A stretch of 62,844 nucleotides of DNA, the filler included, from Streblomastix strix (Eukaryota), in assembly GCA_008636045.1 (NCBI GenBank). It is 3 parts of 3 records of this genome, joined end to end, with 100 filler letters (N's around TTAATTAATTAA, not from the genome) between each part and the next. Parts side by side here need not be neighbours in the genome. Positions count along the whole stretch, not along the records: positions 1 to 20,904 come from SNRW01000409.1; 2 more parts are not named here. One strand, given 5' to 3'. The translations under genes were made by a program, and so were the position numbers. Of this stretch, positions 1 to 13,600 are shown in pieces. The notes beneath the pieces were generated by a model that saw nothing but the letters and a program-made list of their open reading frames with translations, did no database searches and was not told where the DNA came from. Position 1 is the first letter of the stretch, and each line of letters begins with the position of its first letter.

Positions 1-3000
1 TTTCTTTTTCTTCTATTTTTCTATTTATTTTAATTACTCTTTTTCTTATTCGTTTTCTTTTTCAATCATTTTCTATTTTTCTTTCTCAATTTCTTTCTAT
101 TTTTCTAATAATTTCTCTTTTTATTCATCAATAACTTTCTTTAATAATTAATCTCTTTCTTCCAATAATTTCTTCTATTCTTACAATATTTTATTTAATT
201 CTTTCTGTTATTATTCTTCTTCTTTCTTTTATTTTTCATTTTTATTTTATATTTATTATTATTGATTTAATTATTCTTTTTCTTCTTCTTTCTTATTTGA
301 TTCATCTTTCTATTTAATAATTGTTTCATCTTATTTAATTTCTTCCTTTGTTTCTTTTTCTTTTTATTAATCTTCTTTCTATTCAATAATTAAATCTTCT
401 TTTTTCAATTCTTTTTATTCTTATTTTTTCAATTCTTTCTTAATATTTTCATCAATATGGTCACTTTTCAATTCAATTAAATATTTGAGTCTTCTTGCTA
501 GATTGATATTACTCAAATACCAAAGAATATCAACAACTTTGGCTTAAATATCGCATATCTATACTGAACTCAATTCTTCTTTCAATTAATCATATATTTC
601 AATCTTATTTATATTTTATTCCTCTTTTAATTCTTTTTTCTCAAATTCTTTCTTCTTTTCATTTTTATTATCAATTGTTGGCATTTCAATCCATCCAATC
701 AATTTCCAGATGCATTATAAAGCTACTCGTTAGATTCGTGGTGTTCCAAGAACTGATAATCTAACAACTTCTTTGAATACATGAATTGCAATTTGACTTT
801 ATGTTTATTTATCATTCTATAAATAATCTGTTAAATATGATATGAAACTGATACACGTATAAGCAAATGAATCATCAGTAATTGAAAATTAGAAATTCTG
901 AGTGTAATTATAATTATTCGCTTCTCCAACACGGATGAAATCTTCTTCTAATTCTTTTGATGCCAATTTAAGATATCTTTATAAGCAGAGTATTAATCTC
1001 TTCTTAGAAGGAATTGAATTCTTATTTGTATCATCAATGAATATTTATGCATCAATTAATGATGATGATGATGATGATTATTTTATTTCTTTATTTTCTT
1101 GTTCTTCATTATTCACATTTTCATCTTCTGAATCTAATGTATTCAAGAATATTGTTCTGAAGAAATAAAATCCTGCAAATCTCATTTATTCTTTTAATTG
1201 ACCAATTAATGCATTATCAGATATACGTGAAAAATAACTTGGTTATACGATATGCATTTAATCAAAGTATTTATTGTTTGTTGTTTCAGTAATTTGTTAT
1301 ATACTGAATTATCCTTCATAAAATATTGGCATTATATCTTAGTTTTATCCATCTTCAATTGTTATTATATCTTCAATTACATTTGATATCTATTAATCTG
1401 TTTCTTATTCTTATTCTTATTCTTATTCAGTTGTATATAAACTTCTAAAATTAGTAATTGTTGGTTATTATAAATTATCTGGTTTCAATAATCGCATTGA
1501 TCTTGGTTTTCTACTCAAAGCGCTCAATAAAGCTAACATCTTTCTTGTTTCAATTATTATTTATCCATTTCTCAAATCTTTATCAGTTTTATTATTAAAT
1601 CCTGATTATTCATTAATTTTATTTCTAAAATTAATAATTCTCAAATGTGCAGATGAAACAACTCTTTAAAACAATTCTTCTTCAGCAATTCTCGCTTTGA
1701 TTGTTCCAATTCCTCCCAATCCTGTATATTCTGAATCTGAAACATTATCACATTATTATAATACTTACCATATGCTTCCTAAACCTCTCATTAATTCAAT
1801 TTCAGATACATGCAATTTCAATAAAGACGATTTCTCATTTAATTTCTTAATATTAATCTTCTTATTATCATCACATACAAATATTTACATTATTCCTCTT
1901 ATTCCTGATTCTCTTAATTATTCACAAGATTATCTGAATAGAGATGTTCTAATAATTTATACTGAAGATACAGTTCTACAGAATTCAACTGCAATTTGAG
2001 CTAAACTCTTTCCTGACGTTGTTATTTATTCATTTTGATTCAAATTAGTGAAATATTTATTTCTTTTTATACTAATTCCCAGTGCAAATAAAGAAGATCT
2101 TCTAATTATCTCTTCACATGCAATGGCTAATGCATGTCTACCTAATTCTTATGCACTCATTATTAATTGAGGAATTGATGATTTACATATTTCCCAAAGT
2201 TTACAAATTTATATTTCTGATTCTATTAATTCTTCTTATTCTTATTCTTATTCTTATTCAATTTCATTTGTTTATTTATCTTTATTTATTTATTCATTTG
2301 TTGATTGATTTTCTTTTTCTTTTTCTTCTTTCTCATTTTATATAGAAATAACTTTCTTTATGAATTTCTATGAAATCAAAGCTATTTCTGGAGAAGCACT
2401 AAAAGTAGCTGCAAGAAATGCTGATATAATTCTTCCTACAACTAAATCTTATTTCTTCTAAACAAGAGGCCATCCTTTGTTTATTTTTAACCATTTGATT
2501 AATAAAGATGCTTTATGATCATACCAAATCAAACTCCAAACTAATGAAGATAATTATTTGGTTTATTCTTCTTATTATTCTTATTCTTATTTATTTATTG
2601 TTTATTATTCAACTTCTTTTATTTATAATAAATGTTTTAATTCTTATTCTTATTCAGTATTTGATAATGTTTATTCTTTATATTTAACTAATCTACAATC
2701 AATATTATGAAGAAGAAACCAATCATCAACATTAATTGAATCTGAAATACTCAAATGGATTTTATCTTCTTATTCTTCATCTTAATTCTCAATATTAATT
2801 ATTTTCTTCTTATTTATTGTTTCTTTTTCATTATCAATAATATTTTCATTTTATTTATCTTTTGTATTATTAACTATAATCTCTTATTACAATTCATATA
2901 ATAATTAATCATTAATACCATATGGAAATAGTAATGATGCAATTTCATTTGATTTATCATCAAGAAGTACTTTATATCTTATGCATGATCCTTCCCAAAC

Positions 3001-6000
3001 TTCAATTTCGGGTCGAAATCTTTATCTTGTATTATATGAATTACTATTTGTTATTGTTTAACTTTTATTCAGATCATCAATTTATTAATTTGTATCTTTA
3101 TGATATGATAATGTTCCAAGTCCAATTGTTGATGAAGTTAATTTACGCATTTCAGATGTTGAGAATAGTGATGAAAATCTCATTGAATTTTAATCAGATG
3201 ATTCTTATTCTTATTTATTTTATCCAGATCGAGAAAGAAGCAATGAATTTGTGAAGATTCTTCCAGTTCCACTGCTACTTGATTATTATTCACGTTTAAT
3301 TGATGGAAAAGATCCAATAATACTGGTTGTATATGATTAAGTAGAAGGTGGAGCTGTTTAATTCAAAATATTGGAATTTGGAGAAGAATCATTTAATTAT
3401 GGAGAATATAATTAGTTTGAACTATCTTAAGGACTCTTTGATATTTCTTTTAATTATAATTATGATTATGAATAAGGTTACTATTATTAAATAGATGAAT
3501 TATCTTCAGAATTAGATAGACTTGAATGAATTGAACTTAAAGCAGTTAATGATTATTATGATGTTGATTGAGAAGTTATATTTAATAATGATTGAATTTG
3601 ACCAGATGTATTTGTTTCTCCTTCTTTCTTTTTTAATTTCCTTTCATTAGCCAATTTCTTTCTTATTTGTTCATCTTTCCATATTTCATTCTATATTCTT
3701 TCATATCTTTATTATTCTGCATAATCAATTGATTCTTAAATTCCCCATCCTTCTCCAAATATAGTCGATTCTTGAATTCCTTATTTTATAACTTTCGATT
3801 TCTTCTTTAATTTTTAATTTGATTCTTTATATTCATTCATTTATATTTATATCCCATTATTATTAATACTACCTATACTTGATGCTATAATCGCATTCTT
3901 AGCTAATCCAATTGTAATATAAGACAGGTTATGTTCATATTCTACAACCCACCAGGGCGCTTTACTTTCTTTTTATGGTGGAAATATCGCTTCAACATCC
4001 AATTCAATTCCCCAATCAGTACCACTTCCATCTGAATGGAATTTGAATACAAGTGCAGATTATTGGATTGTAACTATTTCTTTTGGAAAACCTGTTCCAT
4101 TATAATTAAATAGTTATTTTCCTGGTTTATCTTCTTCTAATGGATTGGATTTAGCTGCTGGTTCATAAACATTCAAGTAATCATAATTTCTTTCTGTTTT
4201 ACAAGATGCATTGAATTTCAATTAATATCCTGATGCTCCTGCAATACGAACTACTTTTGTCCAGTCTTAATTATTCTGATATGGATGTGGAGTTTCTATT
4301 CGAACAGGAGCTGCTTTTCTTGCTGGTTATTTAGATGTTTAGAATATTGATATTTCTTCTCTTTCAAGTTTACTTCTAATCGATTCAATATTTATATTCA
4401 CATTCTATTATTAAGAAGTAGATTATTCTGAATCATTTAACTTATCTTAATCAATACCAGCAATTGTAGAAATAGCTCTATCATAACTTCTCAATATCTT
4501 TGCAATATATGAAATGAATTAAACACAAACTTCACCAGATCTTTATCCTAATATCCAACATATATCAATAAGAGATCTTGTTAATGTACCAACCATTGTT
4601 CTTTCTAATGTATCAATTAATGCGGATCTTTAACTCTCTTTTAATTTGGATGATTAGGAAGAAGATGATGATGAAATTTATTTTTCTTTCTCTTTTTCTT
4701 TTTAATTTCCTAATCTGATTTCTTTTTCATCAATTTATTCTTTTTCTTTCTCTTTTTCTTTCTCTTATTCTAATTCTAATTCTTTATCTTATTTTCTTTT
4801 TCCATCTCTTTCAATCATTTTAATTTATGAAGAAATTGAATCTAATACTTCAATTGCTCCATTGAATATTAATTTGCAATAATCTACAAAATATGGATAG
4901 ATTGGATTCTTAGATGCATCAACATCAGCTAATTCAATATCAAGTCCTCCTTTTGTATTTCTTTTCTTTATTTAATTAATTTTAGTTTCTGAAGTATTTT
5001 CTTCTCCTTTTTATTCATTTTAATTCAATTTCATTTATTAATCAGTTGTATTAATTCCTTTCTTATTAATCTTCTTCTTAACTACTCGGAAGAATAATGA
5101 ACAAATCCTTCTTTAGAATGTTTATAGGAATTATCTTAATGATGCTTAGTCACTTTAATCATTAATATCTTATTCTTATTTCAATGCTTATGTTAATTAT
5201 ATTGTTGTTGTTGAAGTTGAAGTTGATCCAAATAAAATATTCTAAATATCTTTTTCTTCTTCTTTATTTGATTATAGGATGTTTTCAAGACTGGATTTTG
5301 ATGCTCCAACTTCAATTCCAACAATTGTTGCCCAAACTCTTCTTAATTCTTCTCTTCCACTCCAATTATTGCTTTATTATTAATTCAAATTAATTGATTT
5401 GCTTATAATTAATTAATTCTTTTATTAATTCACTTCATTCTTTGATCCAATTGTTATTTATTTGAATGAATCATTATCTGTCCGAACAATTGGAATCTAA
5501 GAAGCTAAAAGTCTTTAAGATGATCCAAGTTTAGGATCATAAAGCATTGACAACATAAGAGCATCCATTCTTCCACGAACAGAACTAAATACTCTTTGAA
5601 GCATCTTTTCACCTTTTCTTTTTTATTTCAATCTTTGAATTTCACTTTAATTTCCAATTTTTTAAATTATTTTGTTTTTATTCAATTCTTAATCATTATT
5701 ATTCATATTAATTTCATCAATAACTTCTTCTTCTTCTTCTTATGTTTATCCAGCAAGTAATTAAGATAAGAAAGAAAGTGAATCTGAAGGAGAACTAAAT
5801 TCAAGAGTTGCAATTAATGCTGTATCCAATGCAGATTCACTAATTGTACGATGAACAGCTGTTTCAAGTTAATTAATAATTAATGAATANNNNNNNNNNN
5901 NNNNNNNNNNNNNNNNNNNNNNNNNNNNNNNNNNNNNNNNNNNNNNNNNNNNNNNNNNNNNNNNNNNNNNNNNNNNNNNNNNNNNNNNNAAGATAAGAAA

Positions 6001-9000
6001 GAAAGTGAATCTGAAGGAGAACTAAATTCAAGAGTTGCAATTAATGCTGTATCCAATGCAGATTCACTAATTGTACGATGAACAGCTGTTTCAAGTTAAT
6101 TAATAATTAATGAATAAGGATTGTTTAGATTTTAATCTTCTTTCAATTCTCCTTCTTCAAGTTATTCATTCTCTCGAAGATTATCATTCTCTCTATATTT
6201 TGATTTCTCTTATTATAATTATTATTATTATAATTAAATTTATTCTTTCTTATTAGATTCAACTTCTGAAGAAACAATTACTCGAAATTCTTTATATAAT
6301 GAATTAACAACTGAAATAATACTCTTTCGATGTTCTTCACTAAATCCACATGCAATTCGAGTATATGTACATCTTACTAAATAACTCATATTTAATCTAA
6401 TTAATGAAAGAATTGATATTAATGCTTTACTAACAGCTCCCCAAATATATGACCCTTTTAAACTATTTGGTTTTGATTAAGATTATTTCTGTTTTTCTTT
6501 TTGATTTTCTTTTAATTCAATTGATTCTAATTATTTTAATTTATCTCTTAATATTTCTAATATTCTAACTCCTAGTGTAAATGTCTATTAGCATAAATCA
6601 ACACTATAATTAATGAATGGTCCTAAAACATCATTTCCATTAATTTCTCCAGGTATTCTAATATGTGGTTCTGATAGCTCTGCTAATTTAACTATAATTC
6701 CACATCCTATTAATATTATCATTTATTCATATTCTGAATTAAAGTTATTAATAGTTGTAGTTTGTGACGTAATTGATTCTTATTTTAATATTTCTGGAGA
6801 TGTTGATTATTATTTATATTAATTTGATTTATTTTATTATAATATTGAATTCCATCTCAATTCTGCTTCTTCCAATAAACAATTTCCATTCTTTATATTT
6901 CTAAGCATTTCACTTGATTCTTTTTATTCATTAATATTAGCTATTTTATTTAATTTAATTTCTTTATCTTATTATTAATATTATTATTTTATATCAATTA
7001 CTGATATATTTCCTTTCTCATTCTCAAATATAGGTCCATGTCCTTCAAATAAAGGAACTGATGATATTTTCCCTCCAATTCGACCATAAATATAAATTGT
7101 ATTATGTTCTCTATCAAGTGATGAATATCCAGATCCAATTAAATCAATTGATTTGCATATTACATTTGAACAAACACGACCTTAGAATTAATTTGTATCT
7201 GATTCTGTTGAATGTGAATCATTGGCATCATTTGAGTGTTTATTCAATCTTTAGAATATATCTTCATCTTCATCATCATCTTCAATATTGGAATCACTTT
7301 ATTCTTCATCTTTTTATTACTTTTATTTTTATTTATTTTATTTTTCTTCATTCAATTTATTATTTGTTTCATTTTGGTGCCATCTTTCAATAAGTGTTTA
7401 TTCATCTTCAACAATTTCATTCAATTCAAATTAAATTAAATCATCTTATACATCTCCAGATCCTGTTCTAACAAAGCATAATGTACGTCCATTACTGAAA
7501 CAACTCGCTTTTGATATTAATTCAGATAATGTCAATTCAGCTTCTTGAACTCCTTCACATAATGTTAGTTTGTGCCATTATTCATGAATTGATGATGAAT
7601 TACCATTGGATACGCATTCTTAACAGATGATTACATTTTATGTTTTAGTATTAATTATTGGAGAAGGTTTCTTACAATCTTAACAAATGAAGTATCTTTT
7701 GGATTTGATATCTTTTAAGCAGACTTTACATTGAAGATGATTTCCTGAGATCTGCAAATCAATTAAATGTGTTCTTATTAATTTCCATTAATTATTTGGA
7801 TCAAATATTCGAACAAAAGCAAATAATGGATTCTGTTTATCTTATTCAACTTTAGATCCATCTCCAAATTATTCAGTATTATAATGCATAATTGTAGATA
7901 TATGCAATACATATTATCCATCAGAAATGAATCTTCCATATGATTAAAGCATATGATTACGAAGAGTTGATCCACTTACATTGTTCTATTACCAAGGAAG
8001 TTTCTCAAATCCAACTGGAATTTCATCAGTTGTATCTTCTTCTTCTGTTTATTCTTAATTTGATGTCGTTTATTCTTAATTTGATGTTTCTTATTTTCCA
8101 TAATCATTAAAATATTTCTCTAATTTTTATATTGTTTCCATTTCTTTTTATAATTTACTTTCTTTTTCTTTTCCGGATTCTTTTTCTTTTTCTTTTTATT
8201 TGTCTTCTGATGTTTTTGTTTCATTTTCAGTTTCTTTCTTAGATTATTATTCATAAATCTTTCCTACTTTCGCTGAAAGAAGATATTTTCTCACAAATTC
8301 ATATCTTCCACAAATATTTCCAATTTAATCAAAAATATCACAAATTCCAATAAATGATACATTAACTCCATTCTTACTTAATTAATTCTTCATTTCTTCA
8401 TTAATTGAAAAATTACTTTCATTTGATGATGAAGATGATGAAGAAGAAGATGATTATGAACTTTTACTGTTTAATTGGTTTAATATTCTCGAATCAAATA
8501 CTTCTTCAATAAGTTCAAGTGTTTCTGAATCATAAACACTCATTATTGGTTATTCATTAATTATTTCATTATCTTATTCTTTATCTTATTAATTAATTCC
8601 TTTTTTATCTTCAGCTTTACCAAATAACTTATGAACAATATAAAAACGTCTTTATGGGAATGTTGTGCAGAATAATCCAACAATTTATATTGTTTTATTT
8701 TCTTTCATTTCTTATTTATTATTTTTCCCAATCTCGATTTCTTTATATTCTCGACCAAGAATAGTTCCACTGTTTCCAGTTCCAATTCTTTTAACTTTAT
8801 TTTCATCTCTTAATACAAATACATATTTACTATCATTATCACAATTTAAAACATTCTTTTCTTTATCTCCTCGAATTTCACTTTTATTTCCACTTTCTTT
8901 GTCTGATTTACTTTTTGAGTCCATTTCTTCTCCTCCTTGTTTACCAATTATTGATGTTTTCCATTATGTTGTATTGCTCTGAACATCAATTGTGAAATTA

Positions 9001-9933
9001 CCTGAAAGATCTTTCAATACGGAGATGCTTTCAAAAAGACTTTTAATTTGTTATTTCTTTTCTCTATTCAAGATATTCTCTTATTATTATTATTATTCTT
9101 ATTCTTATTATTTCTTCTTTATTTTCTTTCTTTTCAATTAAAGAAGTTCAAATGCAGATCCAAGAAGATATCTAATTCTACCAGTTGTTAATCCCATAGT
9201 AAGTAATGTATTAGCTTAATCTTCTTTATCAATTATCTTAATTCTTCCAAGATCTCTAATAAGACTTTCAATTGTATCAAAAGCTGCATTTGTATTCTAT
9301 GATAATGATCTTGGTCCAAGTTGAAGCATAATATTAGCAAGTTATCCAACACATACTGATGCTGCTTAAGGAGTATTAATGCACATTCCACGAGTTAATC
9401 CACAACAGAAGTTTAATGCTACAGATATTGTTGATGGAATCTCACTATGAATTGTAACCCTTTCATCTTTCTTAATCTTTGTTGATACTTCAGCCTGAAA
9501 TTAAATCATTATGATTATTCAATAAGAAAATAAATCAAAATGATTATTCAATAAGAAAATAAATCAAAATGATTATTCAATAAGAAATAAATAAATATTT
9601 TATTAATTGATTCATTTAGCAAACTTCAGATTCGAGTTCTTTTCGAGTGGAAAATGAAATTCGTTTCAGAAGTTCGGAGCGTGATGATATCATTCTCAGA
9701 AGTGCTTATGCAGTTGGTATACTGCTGTTCAATGCATTATTGAAATATTCTCTTCCACGCGAACTTCCAATTAGATGAGAATATTCTTCAAATTCTTCTG
9801 CACGTCCTGTTTTCTTATCCAAATCAATCATCGGTTTGTCAGAAGTTATCACACGCTCATTCGCATAATCCCAATCAAAAATATTATCAATCACACTTGC
9901 CCCAAGAGGATTCTCAGCAAGGGCACTGTCCAT
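1..9933 (-). CDS. Giant HECTD4/MYCBP2-like putative E3 ubiquitin ligase with ZZ zinc finger and CUB-like domain (>3,100 aa; 3' end runs off the scaffold)
   Basis: ATG at 9933 and intron 9624-9495 (GTTTGC..TTCAG). Under table 6 the frame is consistent down to position 1 once the 227-bp gap duplication is removed (spot-checked, not every codon). Motifs: CDNDSKYVFV..KRIGTGNSGTILGREY (~8750-8850, like the HECTD4/MYCBP2 N-terminal propeller); CKVC..RYFICQDC..ICQEC..HEQWH (ZZ finger, ~7570-7735); IETPHPYQNNQDW..CKTERNYDYL..FKFHSDGSGTDWG (CUB-like, ~3990-4310). No HECT or RING domain is visible inside the window. Confidence 0.72.
5763..6116. other. Spurious 100-N scaffold gap with ~127-bp identical overlap on both sides
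   Basis: 5763-5889 is repeated exactly at 5990-6116; collapsing the duplicate restores the reading frame. Confidence 0.93.
9511..9590. repeat. ~2.8 x 29-bp tandem repeat inside intron 1 of the ligase gene
   Basis: ATGATTATTCAATAAGAAAATAAATCAAA at 9511, 9540 and 9569 (partial). Confidence 0.9.
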
Positions 9934-10672
9934 CTAAAATTAAAAATTTAGATAAAATAGCATTAAAAAAGTATTTAGGAAATATTTTTATTGTTAATTT
10001 TTAATAAAAAGAGAATTAGAAAATTTTAAATATTGTTTAATTTAAAAACAAAAAGTAAACAGAATATGGATAAAACTGTGAAGGTTTTTTTAGAAGCAAA
10101 GATATGCTTTCCTTGTTTGAGTATAATTGTTTTTTATGGTTTATTGAATTATATAAAAAGAAAATTATTAAAGCAAAATATTATGATTAAAATGTTTCCT
10201 CATTTTTTTTTATTATGTAAAGTGCAAGTTAGTAACTGGAATTTCATGATCGCGTAAAAAGATGAAATGAATAGCAAAATACAGTTGTTGCATGTAAAGT
10301 AAAATAAAATATTTGAATATGTAAAATAATGTTAAATATTAAGTAATATAGCCTTGTAATGGCGTAGGACAAGGAATTTAAGTTTCTGCTAGGAATCTTG
10401 GTAATAATAAGATTGTGAAATTATATAATAATTTGATATTAATGAATACATTTTTGTGATGCAGATACACAATGAAAAGTGGAAATTGAACCAATGGGAT
10501 TCACAAACGAGTCGGATATTATTTTATCGATTTTGCTCACATTTGCATCTGAACTGTTGGCATTCGAATTAATCATTAATAAATTAATTTATATAAATGA
10601 ACAGTAATTGAAATAACAGATTAAATAGAGATCTAAGTTAAACTAATCATTTGCAATTTTTGAATCAAAACC

Positions 10673-13600
10673 ATGATGTAGCTATTCGTGTTGCTTTTCG
10701 CTGTCAGCTTACATTTTTGTGATAGTAATGTCAATATAACTTCTGATGTTTCACTTCGCAAAGCCATTAGCCTGAATTAAAAATGTTTGCAGTATTTTTG
10801 ATTTATTTCGTATATTTATTTGCATATTTTTATTAAATTTTAACAAAATTAATAATATAATATTATTATTTTTATTTTCATGATTTTTAGCATCAACACA
10901 TCAAAAGAACACAGGTATTTTTCCAAAAAAATTATTATTAAATTTTCTCAAAATTTACAATTTTATTATTGAAATTTATCTTTTATTTAATCCTATTTTA
11001 TTATATTAATTAGATTGTATAGATGTTACTCTTGTTACTGCTTCAGGTCAATTTGATGCAAGCGCTGTCTGCAAATTAACAATTACAACCCAACCATTAA
11101 CAGATTCAAAAGTTGAGTATACCTATGGAACTACAGATGTGTCAACTACTGGTCCAATTATTGAATAATCTTCTACTCCATTATCGATTGAAAACTGCCA
11201 ATTCCTCGGGTTTTATACAGATTTACCTACAGATGTTAAATATTTACGGCAATTTATTAAAGTTTTTGATGCAAATCTGGATATTGCAGACACTTCATTT
11301 GAGAATATAGTAGTAGGTGAGTTCAGTGTTGTGGAATGGAGTACAACAGGAGGAGATATACTTACAGTGAAGAGGTGTTTATTTACAGGAATCACTCTGA
11401 TGCAAGCTAGTGTGACATATGCGTATACAGCATCAATTGAAATAACAAGAAAATCATGTGGAGCTCTTCTTGTTGATATTACTTAATCTTAAGGTGCTAC
11501 ATCAACCATTGATGATGTTCTTTTTGCTGATATTAGAGTTTCCTGTGATAATGCAGATCCGACTGATGTAAATACTGCTCAAACGATCACTACAGGATCA
11601 TCAAGTCCTATTAATGGTATATTCAATGAAACCATTATGGCTCCACTTATAATAATATTACCAAATAATGATGTCTCACCAACTCCAACAATTTCAAGCT
11701 GTACAATTCAACACACACGCTTTGTTGTTACATCTGGATCACACACTGGAGGAATTCATATATAAGGAGATTATGGGAATATTAGATTATAAAGAGTATT
11801 ATTCAGTTTAACAGAATCAGAGAATAGATTACGATATACTCCAGATGCTTCATTTGGAACATCCATGTACTTCTAAGAGAGTGTTAAAGATGGTAATACA
11901 GTTATGCCAAGATTTGTTTAATAGAACTTCATCCAGTGTTATTCAGATAGTAAGATTCCAATGATTGGATATTGGAGTACAACTTCATCAGGATCAAATG
12001 ATTATCTATTAAAAGTGTACATAGATAAGCTATTTGTATCTATTGAAGGAGATGATATAAATTATATTGGAACTGAATCTAATCCTGTGAGAACATTGAG
12101 ATGTGCAATTGGAATCACTAATCCTAAGAAAGATCTTCTTAATAGTGGAGGTGCGCATGATGAAGTTTTAGCTAATATAAGTATAGGAGTTGGTACTTTT
12201 AGTGATTCATAAGTTGCTATTACAAATGAATATATGCATATTTAAGGGAATGGAATTGATAACACTATTGTTACCAATATTGCAGTTGCATCACCGTAAG
12301 TTGAAGATTCCTGTTTATTATACATTTCTGCAGACAATTAAGATCCATAAGTTGAAATAACAGAGATTCATTTCTAATAATCAATTGCTGGATATTCAAT
12401 TGGAGGTGCATGGCCATTAATAAATATGAATTAAGGAAGATTAACTGTCAAGACATGTAAGTTTTCTCAATCAGATCTTTCATTTGTTCATAATTTCAAT
12501 TATATTGAATTATCAACACCACATGGAAGGTTAACTAATTTAGATTTTACTGGTGGAAACTTCAATGAAGAAACATCAGCTGTTCTTATTGATAATGGAG
12601 GTGTATTTACAATGGAAGATTGTGCATTTACAAATATATAAGGAAGTTCAGCATTAACTATTGATATAAATGATATTGATATTGATATGTAGATTAGAAG
12701 ATGCACATTTACAGGATGCTAGTCATCTTAAACATTTGATATCGATTATTCCAAATACAGTTCACCAATAGTAATATTCTAAGGTTAGAATTATATACGT
12801 CTTGCATTTCAGGATGCAGCTTCATATCTATTACTTCCAGTAGTTATATTCACAAATTGTACTTTCACTAATAATTAAGGTAATGGTTCAGGATGTGTAG
12901 AAATTAAAGGATAACCAATTGACTTTGGATTCGATCTGTGTACATTCAGTGGTAATAAGAAAGGCAGTGATAATAATGATGTTGTAATTAGCTCTAAAGG
13001 AAATGTTGAATTTGACCTGCCATTCGAAACCTTAACTGTAACATAGGAAGCTTTTGGAGGATGCACTTCATATGCTGGAACATCATCAGTTCAGATATAT
13101 AATCCTTCAATTGATAATGTTACTATTAATATGATTAAAGATAGTGTATAAAAGAGATTATATGTAATGAATGGTGGAAGTGATGATGCTTCTGGGCATG
13201 ATGGATCAGAAGCAACAATTGCAAAAGCATATAAAACTGTTACAAAAGCGATAAGTGGCTCATTTTATGGATCTGATAATCCACTTATTGTTGATGTTGG
13301 ATAAGGAACATTCAATGATGTAAGACTGAATGCAGGTGCTCGAGGAATAAAGATTATTGGAAAGGGTATTGATATAACAACAATGATCAACAACAAAGAT
13401 GATTCTAATCCAAAAGCATGGCTTGCATCAACTGTTGGTGGATTACTTGATATTGAGAATATGACGCTTAAATAAGTATCATCTCCTAATGCATATGGTG
13501 GAATATTAGTTATTCGTGGAGATGGATTGATTATAGTAGATTAAATTAGTATTGAGTAATTAGATTAAGAACAGAGATAGAATAATAATGAAATACTTTG

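Noticed and set aside
5763..6116. 127-bp direct repeat flanking a gap, which could look like an LTR or insertion
   Set aside because: Exact contig-end overlap; collapsing it restores the ORF.
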